Below, piece after piece: positions 16,397 to 18,360 of a DNA stretch of 18,360 bases. Every line of letters starts with the position of its first letter. Position 1 is the stretch's first letter. The stretch covers positions 1 through 18,360 of the forward strand of contig JBJHDK010000047.1 of the NCBI GenBank assembly GCA_050486505.1. Reading direction: 5' to 3'. The translations under genes and the position numbers were made by a program. The notes below the pieces were generated by a model, which was given only the letters and a program-made list of their open reading frames with translations, ran no database searches and had not been told where the DNA came from. The stretch comes from Fibrobacteria bacterium (lineage in GTDB: Bacteria > Fibrobacterota > Fibrobacteria > UBA11236).

Positions 16397-17344
16397 TCAT
16401 CGTCCTTTGTGGGCCCAAGGCTGTCCTGCCGGCCCGCGAAGCCGGGCGAGGTTCCCGCGCATGCGACCGGTCAGTTCACCGTGCTTGTGTACAACCGCTT
16501 CCGGCCCGACGTCCGGGACAGCGCCCCGAAGCGCGGCCTCGGCCGCCAGCCCGGACGCACAGGCGCGCGCCATTCGCAGCGGGCGTGCCTCGAGGCAGTC
16601 GCGTTCCACGCGCACCATGGTTTTCGAAAACAGGCTTTCACCCAACAATTCATCAAGGAGCCCGTCGACAATCCCGGCGGTAAAAAATGCGAAGGGCAGG
16701 GCAGGGGGGACCCCTTGCGAAGAAGCTTCGACGGGGGGGGGCCCCGTTCGCTCACGCCTTCCCGTACTGTTACCGAAACTTGCGCTGGCCGAAATCCAGG
16801 CTGCCTGCGTTGCGTCGAGGGCCGCCACGGCTCCGGCACCGGCATCCCGCCAGGTCCGTGCGACGACCCCGGCATCTTGCCCGGTCACCACCCAAAGATC
16901 GGGCAGGGCGATCTGTGCGGCGGAAAATGCCTCCGGGGGAAGAGTCTCCGCCACCGCGACCAGCAGGCAGTCCCACTCGACCTTGCGTCCGTCCCGGGAG
17001 GGGACGAGGAGGTTTCCGGGGGATTCTTCGGGAGCGCCCGGAATCACGGCCAAAGTGGTCTTCCAAAAGCCCTCTCCGGGAAGCGACGGATCAGGGGCGG
17101 GGGAAAACGCGGAGGATTTTACGCCCGATGCCAAGAGAAAGTCCCGAAAACCACGCGTGATGCCGTCGTCTCCGACAAGATGGGCGCGCACATCGACCTT
17201 GCGCGGCCGGGCCTGCGCCCCGATGGCGGCGGCGATCCACGCCATGGCACCCGGCCTCGCTTCGGCGGGGTGCTTCGGGCGCACGCCGCCGACATGCACC
17301 GAGTAGGAGTTTCCCGGGGGAACTTCGGGGGCGGGAACGGCCAT
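16397..17344 (-). CDS. Hypothetical protein with degenerate PfkB/ribokinase-like features
   Basis: Fills the gap between nadA (4 nt away) and DUF420 (11 nt away) on the same strand. Contains PGAMAWIAAAIG...LVGDDG...FLLASGV and F.AG..DGLL...LRMARACAS...RGAVP, which resemble the PfkB N- and C-terminal patterns. Confidence 0.55.
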   Translation of the reverse strand: MAVPAPEVPPGNSYSVHVGGVRPKHPAEARPGAMAWIAAAIGAQARPRKVDVRAHLVGDDGITRGFRDFLLASGVKSSAFSPAPDPSLPGEGFWKTTLAVIPGAPEESPGNLLVPSRDGRKVEWDCLLVAVAETLPPEAFSAAQIALPDLWVVTGQDAGVVARTWRDAGAGAVAALDATQAAWISASASFGNSTGRRERTGPPPVEASSQGVPPALPFAFFTAGIVDGLLDELLGESLFSKTMVRVERDCLEARPLRMARACASGLAAEAALRGAVPDVGPEAVVHKHGELTGRMRGNLARLRGPAGQPWAHKGR

Positions 17345-17348
17345 GCCG

Positions 17349-18360
17349 TCAGGAGGGGATTTCGGCCGGAGCCTTGTTTTCGACGTAGTCGAACATTGCA
17401 TCGATGCAGCGCTGTGCCCGGATACGAACGTCTTCGTCCAGCACGACTTCGTCCTCGGGGCGCGGCTTGACCAGCACGCGCAGGATCCCCTCAAGGGAGT
17501 TCGATTTCATGTATTTGCAAAGCGTACAGGAGCCGACGATTTGCTTGCCGGGGAACTCGACCTGGAGTCTTCCGGAAAGCCCGCATTCGGTGAGCATGGC
17601 GAAGCGCTCGTCCTTCGACTTCGCGACGTAGTCGAGCATCTGGCTGGTGCTTCCCGTATAGTCCGAGGCCTTGACGATTCCGGAATTGCACTCGGGATGG
17701 CTCAGCACCTTCACACCGGGAAACTTGAGGCGCAGAAAACGGATCATCTCGGGATCGTACTCTTCGTGCACGTAGCACGTGCCGTCGTAAACCTGGATGT
17801 CCTTGGCGACGCCGCGACGCTGCATTTCATCGCGCAGGTTGTCGCCCATCAGGCGGTCGGGCAGGAAGTAGATCTTGTCGTTGGGAATGGTCTCGACAAT
17901 GTGGTACACGTTCGAGGAAGTGACACAGACGTCGCACTCGGCTTTCACATCGGCGGTCGTGTTGATGTAGCAGACGAAGGTGTGCTCCGGAAACTCCCTG
18001 CGCAGGCGGCGCACGTCGTCGCCCGTCACGGCATCAGCGAGGGTGCAGCCCGGGTTGCTGCCGGGGATGAGCACGCGCTTGGTGGGGTTCAGGATCTTGG
18101 CGGTCTCGCCCATGAAGCGAACGGCAGCAAAGACAATGGTGTCCGCGGAGGTGCCGGCGGCATCCTTGGCGAGCTGATAGGAGTCTCCGGTATAGTCGGC
18201 GACGCCGAACTGGATTTCGGGGGAAACGTAGGAGTGTGCGAGGATCACGGCGTTCCGTTCCTTCTTCAGCGCGTTGATGGCGTTGATGAGGGGAACCATG
18301 GATTCGCACTTCGCCAGGGTATACTCGCAGGCCCCGCCCGAGATGCGGACATCCTTGAGG
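17349..18360 (-). CDS. nadA: Quinolinate synthase A (probably 5'-truncated by the window edge)
   Basis: NAVILAHSY, GDSYQLA, VRFMGETAKILNP, GCTLAD, YINT, TSSN, GTCYVH, HPEC, GSTSQM and CKYMK. The frame stays open upstream of ATG 18299 to the window edge (LKDVRISGGACEYTLAKCES). Confidence 0.96.
   Translation of the reverse strand, partial: LKDVRISGGACEYTLAKCESMVPLINAINALKKERNAVILAHSYVSPEIQFGVADYTGDSYQLAKDAAGTSADTIVFAAVRFMGETAKILNPTKRVLIPGSNPGCTLADAVTGDDVRRLRREFPEHTFVCYINTTADVKAECDVCVTSSNVYHIVETIPNDKIYFLPDRLMGDNLRDEMQRRGVAKDIQVYDGTCYVHEEYDPEMIRFLRLKFPGVKVLSHPECNSGIVKASDYTGSTSQMLDYVAKSKDERFAMLTECGLSGRLQVEFPGKQIVGSCTLCKYMKSNSLEGILRVLVKPRPEDEVVLDEDVRIRAQRCIDAMFDYVENKAPAEIPS

Noticed and set aside
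15924..17470. Plus-strand ORFs of 460 and 388 aa
   Set aside because: They overlap DUF420 and nadA antisense and have low-complexity composition; the minus-strand ORF fits the operon spacing better

Overview
High-GC bacterial chromosomal window made mostly of housekeeping genes: partial ilvC (-); ffh, rpsP, rimM, trmD (+); rplS, recG (+); DUF151/UVR nuclease and ychF (-); a lipoprotein adenosine deaminase (+); DUF420, a degenerate PfkB-like ORF and partial nadA (-). The main anomaly is a ~5.5 kb, translationally coupled six-gene carotenoid cassette between trmD and rplS, which are normally adjacent. It encodes a CarH/LitR-like HTH + cobalamin-binding regulator with non-canonical B12 motif residues, crtB, an uncharacterised signal-peptide helical protein, crtI, a fused membrane lycopene cyclase (CrtYcd type) and crtZ, which predicts light/B12-regulated zeaxanthin synthesis. 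The rpsP-rimM-trmD-rplS unit looks split into separately promoted pieces, and a 135-bp palindrome built from converging 9-bp-period ATGGAC repeats sits between rpsP and rimM. I found no integrase, transposase, tRNA, rRNA or CRISPR array. All calls come from reading motifs by eye; no database search was run.
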